From Octopus vulgaris (taxonomy: Eukaryota): a DNA stretch of 64,000 nucleotides. This document shows, piece by piece, positions 25,450 through 39,307 of this stretch (its first letter is position 1; the number at the start of each line of letters is the position of its first letter). A program made the position numbers and the translations under genes. The DNA lies in the NCBI GenBank assembly GCA_951406725.2, contig OX597832.1:24800001-24864000 (forward strand), in the 5' to 3' direction. The notes beneath the pieces are model-generated. The model was not told the origin of the DNA, did no database searches, and worked only from the letters and a program-made list of their open reading frames with translations.

Positions 25450-26212
25450 TACACACACACCTGCAAGCACACACACACACCTGCAAGCACACACACACCT
25501 GCAATAACACACACGTCTGCAAGCACACACACACATGCAAGAACACACACATCTGCAAGAACACACACACACCTGCAAGCACACACACAAACCTGCAAGA
25601 ACACCCATACACCTGCAAGAACACACACACACCTGCAAGAACACAGACACCTGCAAGAACACACACGCCTGCAAGCACACACACACCTGCAAGAATACAC
25701 ACGCCTGTAAGCACACACACACCTGCAAGCACACACACACCTGCAAGAACACACACACCTGCAAGAACACACACATCTGCAAGAACACACACATCTGCAA
25801 GAACACACACACACCTGCAAGCACACACACAAACCTGCAAGAACACCCACACACCTGCAAGAACACACACACACCTGCAAGAATACACACGCCTGTAAGC
25901 ACACACACACCTGCAAGAACACACACATCTGCAATAACACACACACACCTGCAAGCACACACACACACCTGCAAGCACACACACACCTGCAAGCACACAC
26001 ACACTCCTGCGAGCACACACACACCTGCAAGCACACACACACACCTGCAAGAACACGCACACCTGCAAGAACACACACACACACCTGCAAGAACACACAC
26101 ACGCCTGCAAGAACACACACACACCTGCAAGAACACGCACACACCTGCAAGAACATACACACACACCTGCAAGAACACACGCACCTGCAAGAACACACAC
26201 ACCTGCAAGCAC
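25450..26212. repeat. Minisatellite, unit (CA)n-CCTGCAAG(A/C), about 17-21 bp, roughly 40 copies
   Basis: Direct reading; variant units (CCTGTAAG, TCTGCAAT, ATCTGCAAG) recur. Confidence 0.95.
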
Positions 26213-26428
26213 AGACTCACACACACGCACACACACACACATACACACACACACACGCACACACACACGCGTGCGTTTATAGTGTGATGGTTTTGTATGT
26301 CTTCTATATTTTAAAAAAGAAAACATCAACTTCTACGCTGCTTATGACAGCCGTCCATTCAGAACTGCTCTCGCCCACACGTTCCGTTGCTATCTCGTTA
26401 AAGCGATCGGAAATTAGTTTCCTTCTAG

Positions 26429-26491
26429 GTTACTGACGACAGATTCCATATTACACACATCCTAAGAACTCTGGTTCTGCTCAAATGTTAG
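26429..26491 (+). CDS. Candidate terminal exon (VTDDRFHITHILRTLVLLKC*)
   Basis: Acceptor TTTCCTTCTAG; in phase 0 with 25204-25359. Confidence 0.2.
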   Translation, partial: VTDDRFHITHILRTLVLLKC

Positions 26492-27000
26492 TAATATCTC
26501 ACGTATTCTTCCATCTTTTGATTTCGGCCTTTTTTTTTCCGCTGCAAATTTACTTAACTTTAGAAACTCTGTAAAACCGAATTTGTATTGTTATCATGCT
26601 ACAATCTCTCTTTACTCGAAGAAAATCGTAGAGTAAAATGTTGTTTTGCATCGTTTAAATTATGTTCAGTGAGAACCATGAATCATCTCAGGAAATGACA
26701 AACAAGTGAAAGAACGAAATTCTAAGAAATATGCTTAAAGAGAGAACTATAGTAGGCATGGTGCGAAATAAATATCGCAGTGTTGGAATATCGTAGTGTT
26801 GTGAAAGAGTGACAGTTGTCGGGGTTTTACAAATGTGTGTCATAATCTACGACTTGCATTTATTTTAGAAAAATGCTTAAACGATAAATTTTCGAAAAAT
26901 ATGGTCGTCGAAGATCGCTCGATGTATTGTGACATAAGAGGAGAATAAAGAAGTCATGAAGAAAACGTTTTATAAAGCAAAGAATCTATTCATAATTTAC

Positions 27001-27417
27001 TCTTTTACTCTTTTACTTGTTTCAGTCATTTGACTGCGGCCATGCTGGAGCACCGCCTTTAGTCGAGCAAATCTACCCCAAGACTTATTCTTTGTAATCC
27101 CAGTACTTATTCTATCGGTCACTTTTAACCGAACCGCTAAGTTACGGGGACGTAAACACACCAGCATCGGTTGTCAAACGATGTTGGGGGGGGGGGGGCA
27201 AACATACACACACAAACACACACACGCACATATATACATATACATATATACGAAGGGGTTCATTCAGTTTCCGTCTACCAAATCTAGTTACAAGGTTTTG
27301 GTCGGCCCGTGGCTGTAGTACAAGACACTCGCCCAAGTTGCCACGCTGTGTGACTGAACCTGGAATTATGTGGTTGGTAAGCAAGTTACTTACCACACAG
27401 CCACTCCTGCGCCTATA
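27001..27417 (-). mobile_element. SINE family A, full length
   Basis: Complete head, internal (CA)/(TA) tract and CTCTTTTA tail. Confidence 0.9.
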
Positions 27418-28090
27418 TTTGATAATTCCTGGATATCGCTAGGGACATAGTGATCTCTGGTTTATAATTGTTTGTTAATTAGTTTTCCACTGTATATAGT
27501 TGATTAACTTGAAGTATATTAGTAATTGATAAACTATTAATTCTCTTTTCACATTATAAAAAGATCTGAGCAATATTTTTTTATCCATCCGTCCATCCAC
27601 CCATTCACCCAACCATCCATTTACTTCCCCCACCATTCCTGAGAGGGCCGGTAGGGGTAGAAACCCCAGGTCAATTTCTGATGGGACCCGCCATTAGGTT
27701 CTATCAGACCCAACCATAATTATACTTTTCCGCTGGATTCCAAAGCATGACGAACAAACAGTATGGATATTACTTGACCATCTCGTTGTTTGTCTCCCTC
27801 AGATCTCCTACCATTTCACTCTTCTTATAGAATCCGTCTTGCGATTTTCCCGGTCACATTTTAATTACATGTCTGTCGCTATGAGCATTTCAATAAATTG
27901 CAAGATTTCAGAAACAGAAATATAGCAAATCCAGGAGTATTTCTTATGCCAAATTCATTATTGTATAACATATTTATCATCTCAAAGGAGTACTTGTCTG
28001 TCTAGTGATTTGATCTAAGACTGAGTTTTGAAACCAACTTCCACCACGGAATATTTATTTCACAACCTAAAAACATATAAATTCAGTTAA

Positions 28091-28237
28091 ATTCAGATTT
28101 CACTTCAGATATCAAACGTTTCGTCATGACCCTGCGACCTGGTCACTCAGCCAAAGTCCTACTGAGTCAGTGACATAGCCACAGTGGTGCGACGAAACCT
28201 TTGACACCTTAAAATATAAATGAAAAGTGAATTGAAT
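28091..28237. repeat. Fold-back of two Penelope-like termini with hammerhead-like half cores on both strands
   Basis: Both strands read CTGAGT...GAC-GAAAC.TTTGA; arms also share ATTCA..TTCACTT. Confidence 0.6.
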
Positions 28238-28404
28238 AGACATAATTATTTTATATATAGTCAAATACTTTCGCACCCAAAGGTATTGTGTTCTTGACTA
28301 TTTCAAAATTATTTATTTTAATACCTATTCCAAGTACAGGCTACGAATTATCGTTAGAGTGAAATAACACTAGATTGACAAACTTTTAGTAGGAACGCGA
28401 ATAT

Positions 28405-28610
28405 TTTCTCTACTATTGCTACAAGGCAGGATATTTTGGAGGACGGGGCTAGTCGATTGTTTTAACTGGTAGTTAATACATCGACACCAAAAGGATGAAA
28501 GGCAAAGTCGACCTTGGTGAGATTTGAACTGAGAACATAAATACGGACGAAATGCTGCTAAGGGTTTTGACCGGAATCAGAAATGATTCTGCCAAGTAAC
28601 CGCTTTAGCA
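28405..28610 (-). mobile_element. SINE family B, degenerate
   Basis: AAAGGATGAAAGGCAAAGTCGACCTTGGTGAGATTTGAAC. Confidence 0.75.
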
Positions 28611-29237
28611 GGCACCCTTATATGCTCAAAAATCACATATACCTATGTGCGAATAAGAAAGATATTGGAGAAATTATTTGCCCTTAAATTAGACGTGTGT
28701 ATGACGATTAATGCGTAAGCGGGTGTTAACGAATCTCAGCATTTAATAGTATATCTTCTTGCCCGAACTGGAAAAAAACCCATATTAGTAATGTTTGAAC
28801 CCTGGATATAAAGTGAGGCAAATATACACACGACATTTTCTTCGACGCTTTTATCTAATCTGCTAAATTGAATCACAACCATTAACAACATTAACAACAT
28901 TAACAACACCAAACGATTTATAATAAAACGGTTTAACATAAACCAGGCTAATATAATTACCACGAATATTCTAGGATTACTCTACAAGTTAAGATGCTTT
29001 TAGAATAACACAATAAAAGTAGTTTAGTCAATACAATGAAACACTATACAGCGATGATTTGCTTAACTAAGTTTTTATTGTGGTTAAACTGGATGAGAAA
29101 AATGATACATTAGTAATGTTATCAACGATACGAGAGACATCAATGAAAACAGAAGGGGTAAAAAAAAATCTGTTTGTTAAAATAACAATCCATTTAGCTG
29201 TATTGTCTAGTCGATGTCGTTTATGGCATATGATACG

Positions 29238-29268
<31 letters not shown>

Positions 29269-29332
29269 TACATGAATACATATATGTATATCCATACACA
29301 TACATATGTAGATACGAACATACTTGCATATA

Positions 29333-29399
<67 letters not shown>

Positions 29400-29718
29400 A
29401 CATACATATGCATATATATGCATATAGATACATACAGATGTAGACTAAAACATACGTATTTATATGTATGTATCTATATCTATATCTATCTATCTATCAA
29501 ATTATATAGTATTGAATACGATGATACGAGATACACTGAATGAGTTACAAAGCGTATACCTTTAAACGTATGTATGCATATGTATATTAATAAGTATGTA
29601 TATATGGTATTTGTGTACCTGCATACATACATAGATACATACATATATGTGTATATATATATATAATAATAATATTAGGGAGTATATAATAGTTGCCTAA
29701 TAGTGGTTTTATCTCTAA

Positions 29719-29792
<74 letters not shown>

Positions 29793-30332
29793 ATATGTAT
29801 ACCGTGAATGTGTGGGTGTAGGTGTGAGTCTCTTGTATATAAGTATATACGTGTGTGTGTGCCCCTGCGTACGTATACCACAGAGAAAGGGAGAAAGAGA
29901 AAGGGAGTTAGTGAAAGGGGTTGGGAATTCCAACGTTTAAAGTATTGATCTAATCCTCTGTAATTTGGCAAACAAATTGCCTGATTGGAACGTATCATTC
30001 TCCTTTGACACAAAACCGCATTGCTTCTTTCGCCTTGCGGATGCTTTTCATTTTATGATGAATAATTCGTATACAGCAGCTCTTTGTAGTAGCAATTCTT
30101 GGGATCCTATTTATTGTGAGGACCCGAGTAGCGACACAAAGATGCAGATATTCAGGGAGTATCCTATTTAGGGACACATGTTCGCATGTCTATACTGTTA
30201 TATTTCAGGTTCCTAATTCGCTTGTTTAAATGATTATAGACACTTGATGTAATCCAATATATTTAGGAATTCTTTGGCAGGTTCACGTGATTCTACTTAC
30301 CACTCGCACATACATATGCAAACGCAAAACAT

Positions 30333-30435
<103 letters not shown>

Positions 30436-31323
30436 ACAAAGTGGAGTTGTAGGGTACCGCACGAGTGGAATTATATACGAAAGAAGGTTTGAAAATGCAA
30501 TTTAAAATATGTTTATTTACTTTACCGGTTTCACTCTTTGGAAAAAGATTGTCAAAAGTAACATGTAGAAGTTTGGTTGCGTTAATTATTGGTTGTTACA
30601 AAATGCTACATTACATATATACAGTCTTTGGTAACAAGAACATGTTAAGGACATAAAAAAGTTTAACAATTTCCTTAAAATATTGGGCACAAAATATTAC
30701 AACATAATCATTCTATATATATATATATAATAGCGTACATTTAAAGACAAGAGAAAACTGTCTTGAACAGGCAACTTCAATATAATGAAATCCCATCGAA
30801 ACTATTTCTGTTTTTAGGAATTATTTTTCTTTCACTGAAGGAATGGTTTGCAGTCTGGAAGAATATAAACATGCTTGCACATCTTTAACAATTTATTTTC
30901 ATAGAAATTCGAAATCTTGGTAAATATCAGGATCTCTTTGATATCCGTATAATTTTTTAGAACTTTCTGAGTTCGGGTGGATTATATATTCTTTTATTAG
31001 TGTGTTACGTAAATTGTGTTACCAAAAATTGAAACATATGTAAGATAAAATAAGGGAAGCCTATATGTCTTCTTTATTCATATTCTCTTTATATTATATT
31101 ATAGCCTTCCTCAGACTCCACCGGTTCTCGAGTGATCACAAAGACATTGGGACTTTAATACAATTGACACCAAAAGGAAAAAAAGCTGAACATTAAAATT
31201 GCCGCGCACCGAGCGCATCTATCATTACTTATGTATGTATGTATTTATGTATGTATGTATGTATACATATACGTAAGTATGTATTAATATATATATATAT
31301 ATATATGTATATGTATATGTGTA

Positions 31324-31356
<33 letters not shown>

Positions 31357-31477
31357 GTATTGTGTATATATCTGTATCTATATCTATATCTATCTATAAA
31401 TATATATATATATATATATACATACACGAATATCTATGAAAATATATATGTATATGTATGTAGTAAATGTACGTATG

Positions 31478-31508
<31 letters not shown>

Positions 31509-32189
31509 ATGTGTGTATAGATGTATGTGAGTATGTATGTGTGGCTTTGTGTGTGTTTATACATACTCAGACACTACATTTTATGTTAATAGTTGTGTAA
31601 ACGCAGTGCATTATCGCACTATTTGTTATAGCAAACTTCGAATAAAAAGCGACAAAAACAACCCTACCATACAACACAAATAAAAACAACAAACCAAACG
31701 TCAAACAACAGAAAAACGAAATAAACTCCAACAAGAACAGCAACAGAACGATAAATTTTCGAAAGTATGCCACGAGTCGCTAAAAAGAAAATTAATAAAC
31801 AAATACAAAAATTACAAATTTAATATAATAAAGAATAAACAAAAATAAACAATAGACAATACGTTTCAAAATGTGGCCAAGATTTCTAATGGCGAATCTA
31901 GGTGGTATAAACTTGGAATATTTCACGCAGTCCTATTAAAAATGGGGCTTTTTGATTGTGATGGTAATGGTGATGATAAACGTGTTGTTGGTCGTGGGTG
32001 GTAGTGCTGGTGGTGGTGGTGGTTGTGGTGGTGGTGGTGGTGGTGGTAGTGGGGTTGATACTTGTGGATGTTGTGACGGTTTTTGGCACCATTCCAAAAT
32101 ATGTCTTAAGTCTTCATGCTATCATTAGATTAAAAGTCGATGCAAACAGTAAATCAACAAAGAAATGCGTATATATATATATATATGTT

Positions 32190-32265
<76 letters not shown>

Positions 32266-32275
32266 ATATATATAT

Positions 32276-32321
<46 letters not shown>

Positions 32322-32345
32322 ATATATATATATACACATATATAT

Positions 32346-32376
<31 letters not shown>

Positions 32377-32415
32377 AATATATACATATATACACATATA
32401 TATGTATGTGAATAT

Positions 32416-33200
32416 ATAGTGATACCTCACAGCACGAGTTTAATTCGTTCCATGACCGAGCTCGTTTTACGATTTACTTGTTTTACAGATCAATTTTCCT
32501 CATTGAAATTAACAGAAATATCATTAATCCGTTCCCTCGAAACTGCTTCAAAAATAATTTGTTATAGGTTTTAAAACAGAAAAGGTGTAGTTACGAGTAA
32601 AATGAAAATTATAGAAAAGAGAAAGCAAAACAAATCATTAAACTGGTTTTCTTAACTAATATGAAGCAGAAACAGTAAATCATACTTATTTCTTTACTAC
32701 CCACAAGGGGCTAAACACAGAGGGGACAAACAAGGACAGACAAACGGATTAAGTCGATTACATCGATCTCAGTGCGTAACTGGTACTTATTTAATCGACT
32801 CCGAAAGGATTAAAGGCAAAGTCGACCTCTATGGAATTTGAACTCAGAACGTAACGGCAGACGAAATACCTGTTTCTTTATTACCCACAAGGGGCTAAAC
32901 ACAGAGGGGACAAACAAGGACAGACATAGGTATTAAGTCGATTACATCGACCCCAGTGCGTAACTGGTACTTATTTAATCGACCCCGAAAGGATTAAAGG
33001 CAAAGTCGACCTCGGTGGAATTTGAACTCAGAACGTAACGGCAGACGAAATACCGCTAAGCATTTCGCCCGGCGTGCTAACGATTCTGCCAGCTCGCCAT
33101 AGTAAACCATACTACAAGACACTTTATTCAACAAAAGCAATAACAATATTTAACTAACAAAAGGGAAGCAGTAATTGAAGTAGATGGTGAATATGCTCCA
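32416..33200 (+). mobile_element. Tigger/pogo-like MITE remnant interrupted by a SINE dimer
   Basis: TA-...GTGATACCTC...CGAGTTTAATTCGTTCC left end recalled as Tigger-type; right end not seen. Confidence 0.4.
32687..33100 (-). mobile_element. SINE family B head-to-tail dimer inserted as one unit
   Basis: Single 13-bp TSD AGTAAAYCATACT (32674-32686 and 33101-33113) flanks a full unit plus a 5'-truncated unit. Confidence 0.85.
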
Positions 33201-33632
33201 GAATAATCATTTAAAGACGTTTTTGTCACATTTTGTTATAGTTTGTGTTGATAAAAATTTATTTAAAAAAACCGCAATTATTATGCACCAGCCTACCTCT
33301 AATCATTTACTAAGTATAACAATCATCTTTGTTTTTCATCATTCGTTAACCATCAAAACATACCCTCACACACCACACCCAGATACCTTGATTTCGTACG
33401 TAATTGAGATTATGTACAAGGTGAATCTAAAAAACAATGTAAATAATAAAAGATATAAGAATAAAAAGATTTTGTTCTTGTAATAGAGACCCATATGATG
33501 CACAGCGAATGTTTGCTTCCTTTGACATAATTAGACAATAGGTATAGTGGTGTAATTGAAATAATTTGTAATGAATATCTCTTCAGGATATGGAAATTTA
33601 TGTGAACGAATAATTTAAGCTCGAAGTATAAT

Positions 33633-33857
<225 letters not shown>

Positions 33858-35134
33858 AATTTATCTGTTTAGCCAAATTTTGATATATATATATTATATT
33901 TATATATACATACATACATACACATATCTTATATACATACATATATATATTATATAAACATACACATATATTATATATATACATATATATACACACACAT
34001 ACATATATACAGATATACACACACACATACATATATATATATACATACAAAAAGAGAGCTATAGATGGATAGATAGATAGTGAGAGAGAGAGGGGAGAGA
34101 GAAAGAGAGGTAGATAGATGCAATATATATGGGCCTGTATAAATACGTATATATACGATTTAGATTTATCGCATGAAATATAACACGCGGGCGTATATCT
34201 ACGCACACATATATCTTTGTGTAACTGTGTGTCTAAGTGTATTTATACCTCTATATTGGTGTATTTCAGTTACACAAATGAAACATCGAATTGGGCGTTA
34301 GAACGAACGTAAGAGATAACGAATTAGTCTAAACTAGCAAATAGCTGCATCACAGAGAGCGAATATGCCTTTACCAATGTCAAAAGGTAGAACATTACTT
34401 ATCCAAATTGCCTAAGTTCGACAGACCACTGGTGTGTGACGTTAGTTGACCGATGACCGTTAGATGCGGCCCGACCACGGTACAAGAACTGGTCAATGAA
34501 TGGGCATAGAGAAAAGGAACGTTATAAAAGATGTAGTCGTATAGTATGATTGCATCGATCATGATTTATCCGAATAAAAATCGATAGTTTTCTGACGTTA
34601 TATGTAGCTTGGTATCTCACAAACATTCAGTCATTATCTAAGTTAGGAAGTAAAATATACCCATATATATACGCAAATATTTATGCATAGAAGCTATATA
34701 TATATATATACATATGAACATATATATATATAGATATATACATATACATCCATATATATATACACAAACATATTTATTGCTAGATTACATAATTCAGTAG
34801 TATAGTACGTATGTTGAGGCTTGTGTGTGTATATAAGTCAAGAGATCGAAGGCAGCACACATGCATGCAACTATGAATGGCCAAGGAAATTATTACATTC
34901 ATATGTGGGAGACATATATTTATATTTATATTATAGTACACGTATATCTATATACGTAACATGCACACACACAGACACACACACACACATATATATATAT
35001 ATACACAGATATATATATATGTATATACACGCACACACACACACACACATATATACATATATATATATACATATATATATATACATATACATATATATAT
35101 ATATACACACACACAACACACACATATACACACA

Positions 35135-35234
<100 letters not shown>

Positions 35235-36103
35235 CATCAAATGTTCCCATGTGCACATTTCGGTATTCTTATTAAAATACACGCTCGTATCAAAACGTAT
35301 GATGAATAACATTAAATGCCGGAGACTTCTGAAAATCTATCAAAATGTAAGGTTTATAGGAACTACATTCAATCAGGATGAGTCAATGTCTCCCATCACT
35401 AAACACACACGCACACATATACACACACAGACACACAGTGTCTTAGGCATACATCTGTACCCCGACGCTCATAATCGCCCAATAGAAAGACAACAGTCGG
35501 AAGTAAAAGAGAGAAAAACAAAGAGAGAGAAAGACAGAGAGCAAAAGGGTTGTGGAGAGAGAGAATGAGAGAGAGAGGTAGAATAAGGTTCGATAATCAG
35601 AAAGACAGTGAATTATGTAAAAAATTTTGCTAAGATTCCAAAAACGAAGCCATGTGATATGATTAACAATGATATTCCTTAATGCAAATATCAGGGTATG
35701 TAAGGGAGAATACATTACGTAAAAAAGAAACTAGAGAAAATATGTCGGCGTAGTAAATGAATTAAGGCAGTTACGGGGAGAAGGTGGAGTTGTATAAATG
35801 CATGTGTTTGGAGGAATTTGATTGTCTGACCTCGGTGTGTGAAGGGAATGATGAACATCTATCTCTCTATCAATCAGGGCAAGGAGGCATCTGTGAGATT
35901 CTCTCTAAATGTATGTATGTATGTATATGTATGTGTGTGTATACACGTGTAGGTGTGTATAAATATATATATTATATATGTATATATATATATACATACA
36001 TACATACATATATGTGGATCTATATGTATGTATGTATGTATGCATGTATGTATGTATGTATGTATGTATCTATCTATCTATCTATCTATATATATATATT
36101 TCC

Positions 36104-36134
<31 letters not shown>

Positions 36135-36296
36135 GAGAGAGAGAGAGAGACGTGGCTAGATAGATGGATAAATTTATAAAGCGATATATGTATACTGATA
36201 CGTACATATCTATGTGTATATATGCATACATATATATATATACATATGCATGTATTTGTGTGTGTATTTGTATGTAGACATGCGTGAATAGTAACA

Positions 36297-36367
<71 letters not shown>

Positions 36368-36572
36368 CTAGGCACATACACGCACGAATGCCTTCTCTCG
36401 GGTTCTAAATGAGGTTACCTGTAAGACGAATGATCAAAGGCAGCAATAAAATAGACAAATAAACTGACCTCTAGATTTACCTGTGCACCTCATTTGCTCA
36501 GACACATGTGCAAGCAAACATAATGGGGTATATTACGGCATATTCATGCATATATATGCATACATGCATAAT

Positions 36573-36642
<70 letters not shown>

Positions 36643-36662
36643 TAAAATATAAATATATATAT

Positions 36663-36741
<79 letters not shown>

Positions 36742-36923
36742 TATATATATATGTATGTATATATATATAACAACTAATGTAGGATACATTTTTTTTCCGA
36801 AAATTTTTTTTATCAATGGCCAGCTTATCAAAAAATACCTTTAAAGGTTAAATTTATAAATAACTTACAAAATAAGGGCAAAAGAAAGGCATTAGAATTT
36901 TTCTTTTGCCCTTATTTTGTAAG

Positions 36924-36984
<61 letters not shown>

Positions 36985-36999
36985 TGTATGTATGTATAT

Positions 37000-37400
37000 G
37001 CTCCCAACTCTGGTCACCTCACAATACGAAATTAAGTTCGGAACTCGAAGCAGTCCAACGAAGCTACCCAAAGACAATGGTCTGAATGCAACGTACCAGC
37101 TACTGGAGAAGGCTGAAAGAATTAAAACTCTTCTCCCTAGAAAGAAGGCGGGAAGTGAATTACGTCTTCTAAATCCTGGAAGGCCTTGTACCAAATTTTT
37201 GCATTGAGAGTTACAGAAATAGCAGAACGGGGTGCCTCTGCATAGTGTCAAAGGTCCCAGCACCTCCATCAAAATACAGGACCAGATACTGCAACAATTT
37301 GGGTTTGAAGGGCCCACAGCTCTGCAATGTTCTTCCAAAATGCCTGAGGGAACTGCATGGTGTGGATGCAGGTGTCTTCAAAACAAAACCAATTCTTCTC
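37000..37400 (+). mobile_element. CR1-clade LINE, RT C-terminal fragment
   Basis: QLWSPH...ELEAVQR...YWRRLKELKLFSLERRR...ILEGLVPN...GPQL.NVLPK.LREL...VFKTK, typical of the CR1/L2-group ORF2 3' end. Confidence 0.85.
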
Positions 37401-38040
37401 CACAGGAAGTAACTGAAATTGACCTTGAAACAAGTATATCTTGAATGCATAAATTGCTTTTGACATCCACCTTGCATGTCTCACAGCTCCTGATGTAGGA
37501 GACGATATCCCGTTCTTTGGAATGCCGCCAAGAAAGATCATCGTTAACTCCAACAATTCTCGGTAATCATTTCGCTGTTGTTTCTGTTAGAAAGGTGGCA
37601 TTCAAGAAATCCTAGAATGGTAGAGTGGACATCGTCAGGCGCTTCATTGCAACCAGTTATATAAACCTTCTTGTTGAGTTTTGTCCAGGTTTATCTAAAT
37701 CTTTTGAAAAACGCCATGTCTGAACCAGAAGTTGCACCCGTCAGTGAATCGAAACAGATCCTAAAATCTAACTAAAAAATTTGATGACGGCAAGGGAAGC
37801 ACAACAGGTCGCGATTGAACAATTTTTCTAGATTTGTACAGGCACCATTTACCTGTTGCTTGTTGTCGTACCATAGCCAAGTGTCTGTATTCTGTCGGCT
37901 ATACCCAACTTCTCCACTGCTTGGTAAACAGCCATGGCTTGCTGTACTCCTGAAGATGTTGGAATTTCAGGGAAAGCCAATAATTGCTCCTTGCCTTGAA
38001 GAGTTACTATTATTGCCAATCTATCAGCCGTTTCAACGCC
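37400..38040 (-). mobile_element. hAT-related (hATm-type) transposase pseudogene
   Basis: [14 protein letters not shown]...TTTSN...NGACTNLE...RDLLCFPCRH...RNDYRELLEL..IFLGG...HARWMSKAIYAFKIYLF, with stops and frameshifts; subfamily name from recall. Confidence 0.8.
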
Positions 38041-38042
38041 TG

Positions 38043-38133
<91 letters not shown>

Positions 38134-38137
38134 CTGT

Positions 38138-38235
<98 letters not shown>

Positions 38236-38240
38236 GTCTG

Positions 38241-38339
<99 letters not shown>

Positions 38340-38342
38340 CTA
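38041..38342. repeat. (TCTA)n array with (TC)n insert
   Basis: Direct reading. Confidence 0.95.
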
Positions 38343-39069
38343 TACAAACGTACATACACATTCATAAATGCTTAAACACATACATGCTTGCGTGCCTGTG
38401 TGCGTATTTCAGCTGAAGTAGCAGTTATCTACGAATGTAACTTGATGTTTAGCTGTAAATTTGAAAGCAAAGCACTTACATCACACAAGTGCCATTTCGA
38501 CTATTTACCCACAATTTCAGAATTTGGCCAACGGCCAATAGGTTGCCATAGTCCTCAGTCACTTTCTTTCCTTCCTTCCTTCCTATTAATTTTTCTTGAC
38601 ATATAAGTCTCATTAATCATATTAATTGACTCCGACCCCATTACGACATTCATCGATTGGACATCGTTAGTTACCTCCTAGTTCTTTACTTTTCCCTGGC
38701 ATCTTTCCAGATTTTTATTTTTTCGATGTTCTTTTCCATCTTGCTTTCGCCATCGTGGTTTGCTTTGAATATATGCAAACTATATTTGTTATGTCTAAAT
38801 GTCTGATGATGTGTTCTAGCTTACGTAAATTTTCCTGTGGTACACGACTGTGTAGATATCGTATCATTGTTTTATTGTCATGTAGTATAAATTTTATTGT
38901 AAACGTCTAATTCAAAATTGTTCGTGGCGGATATTTACTTATCTTGACGTAATATCAACAAAATTTTAATTAACTGTCTCTGTAAACATATTTTTCTATG
39001 TATACATTCATTCATAGGTATAATCTCAACACACCCATGTATAGACTTATATACATAATCACACCTACG

Positions 39070-39125
<56 letters not shown>

Positions 39126-39156
39126 CTATGTATATATATATATATATATATGTATG

Positions 39157-39189
<33 letters not shown>

Positions 39190-39212
39190 ATATATATGTA
39201 TGTATGTATATG

Positions 39213-39291
<79 letters not shown>

Positions 39292-39307
39292 TATATACTG
39301 TATAATC

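Noticed and set aside
25391-26329. 250-312 aa Cys/His-rich ORFs on both strands
   Set aside because: Produced by the stop-free minisatellite; open in multiple frames, with no coding signature.
36424-36485. 62-nt GT-AG intron-like segment on the minus strand
   Set aside because: The flanking frames hit stops quickly; no coherent exon pair.
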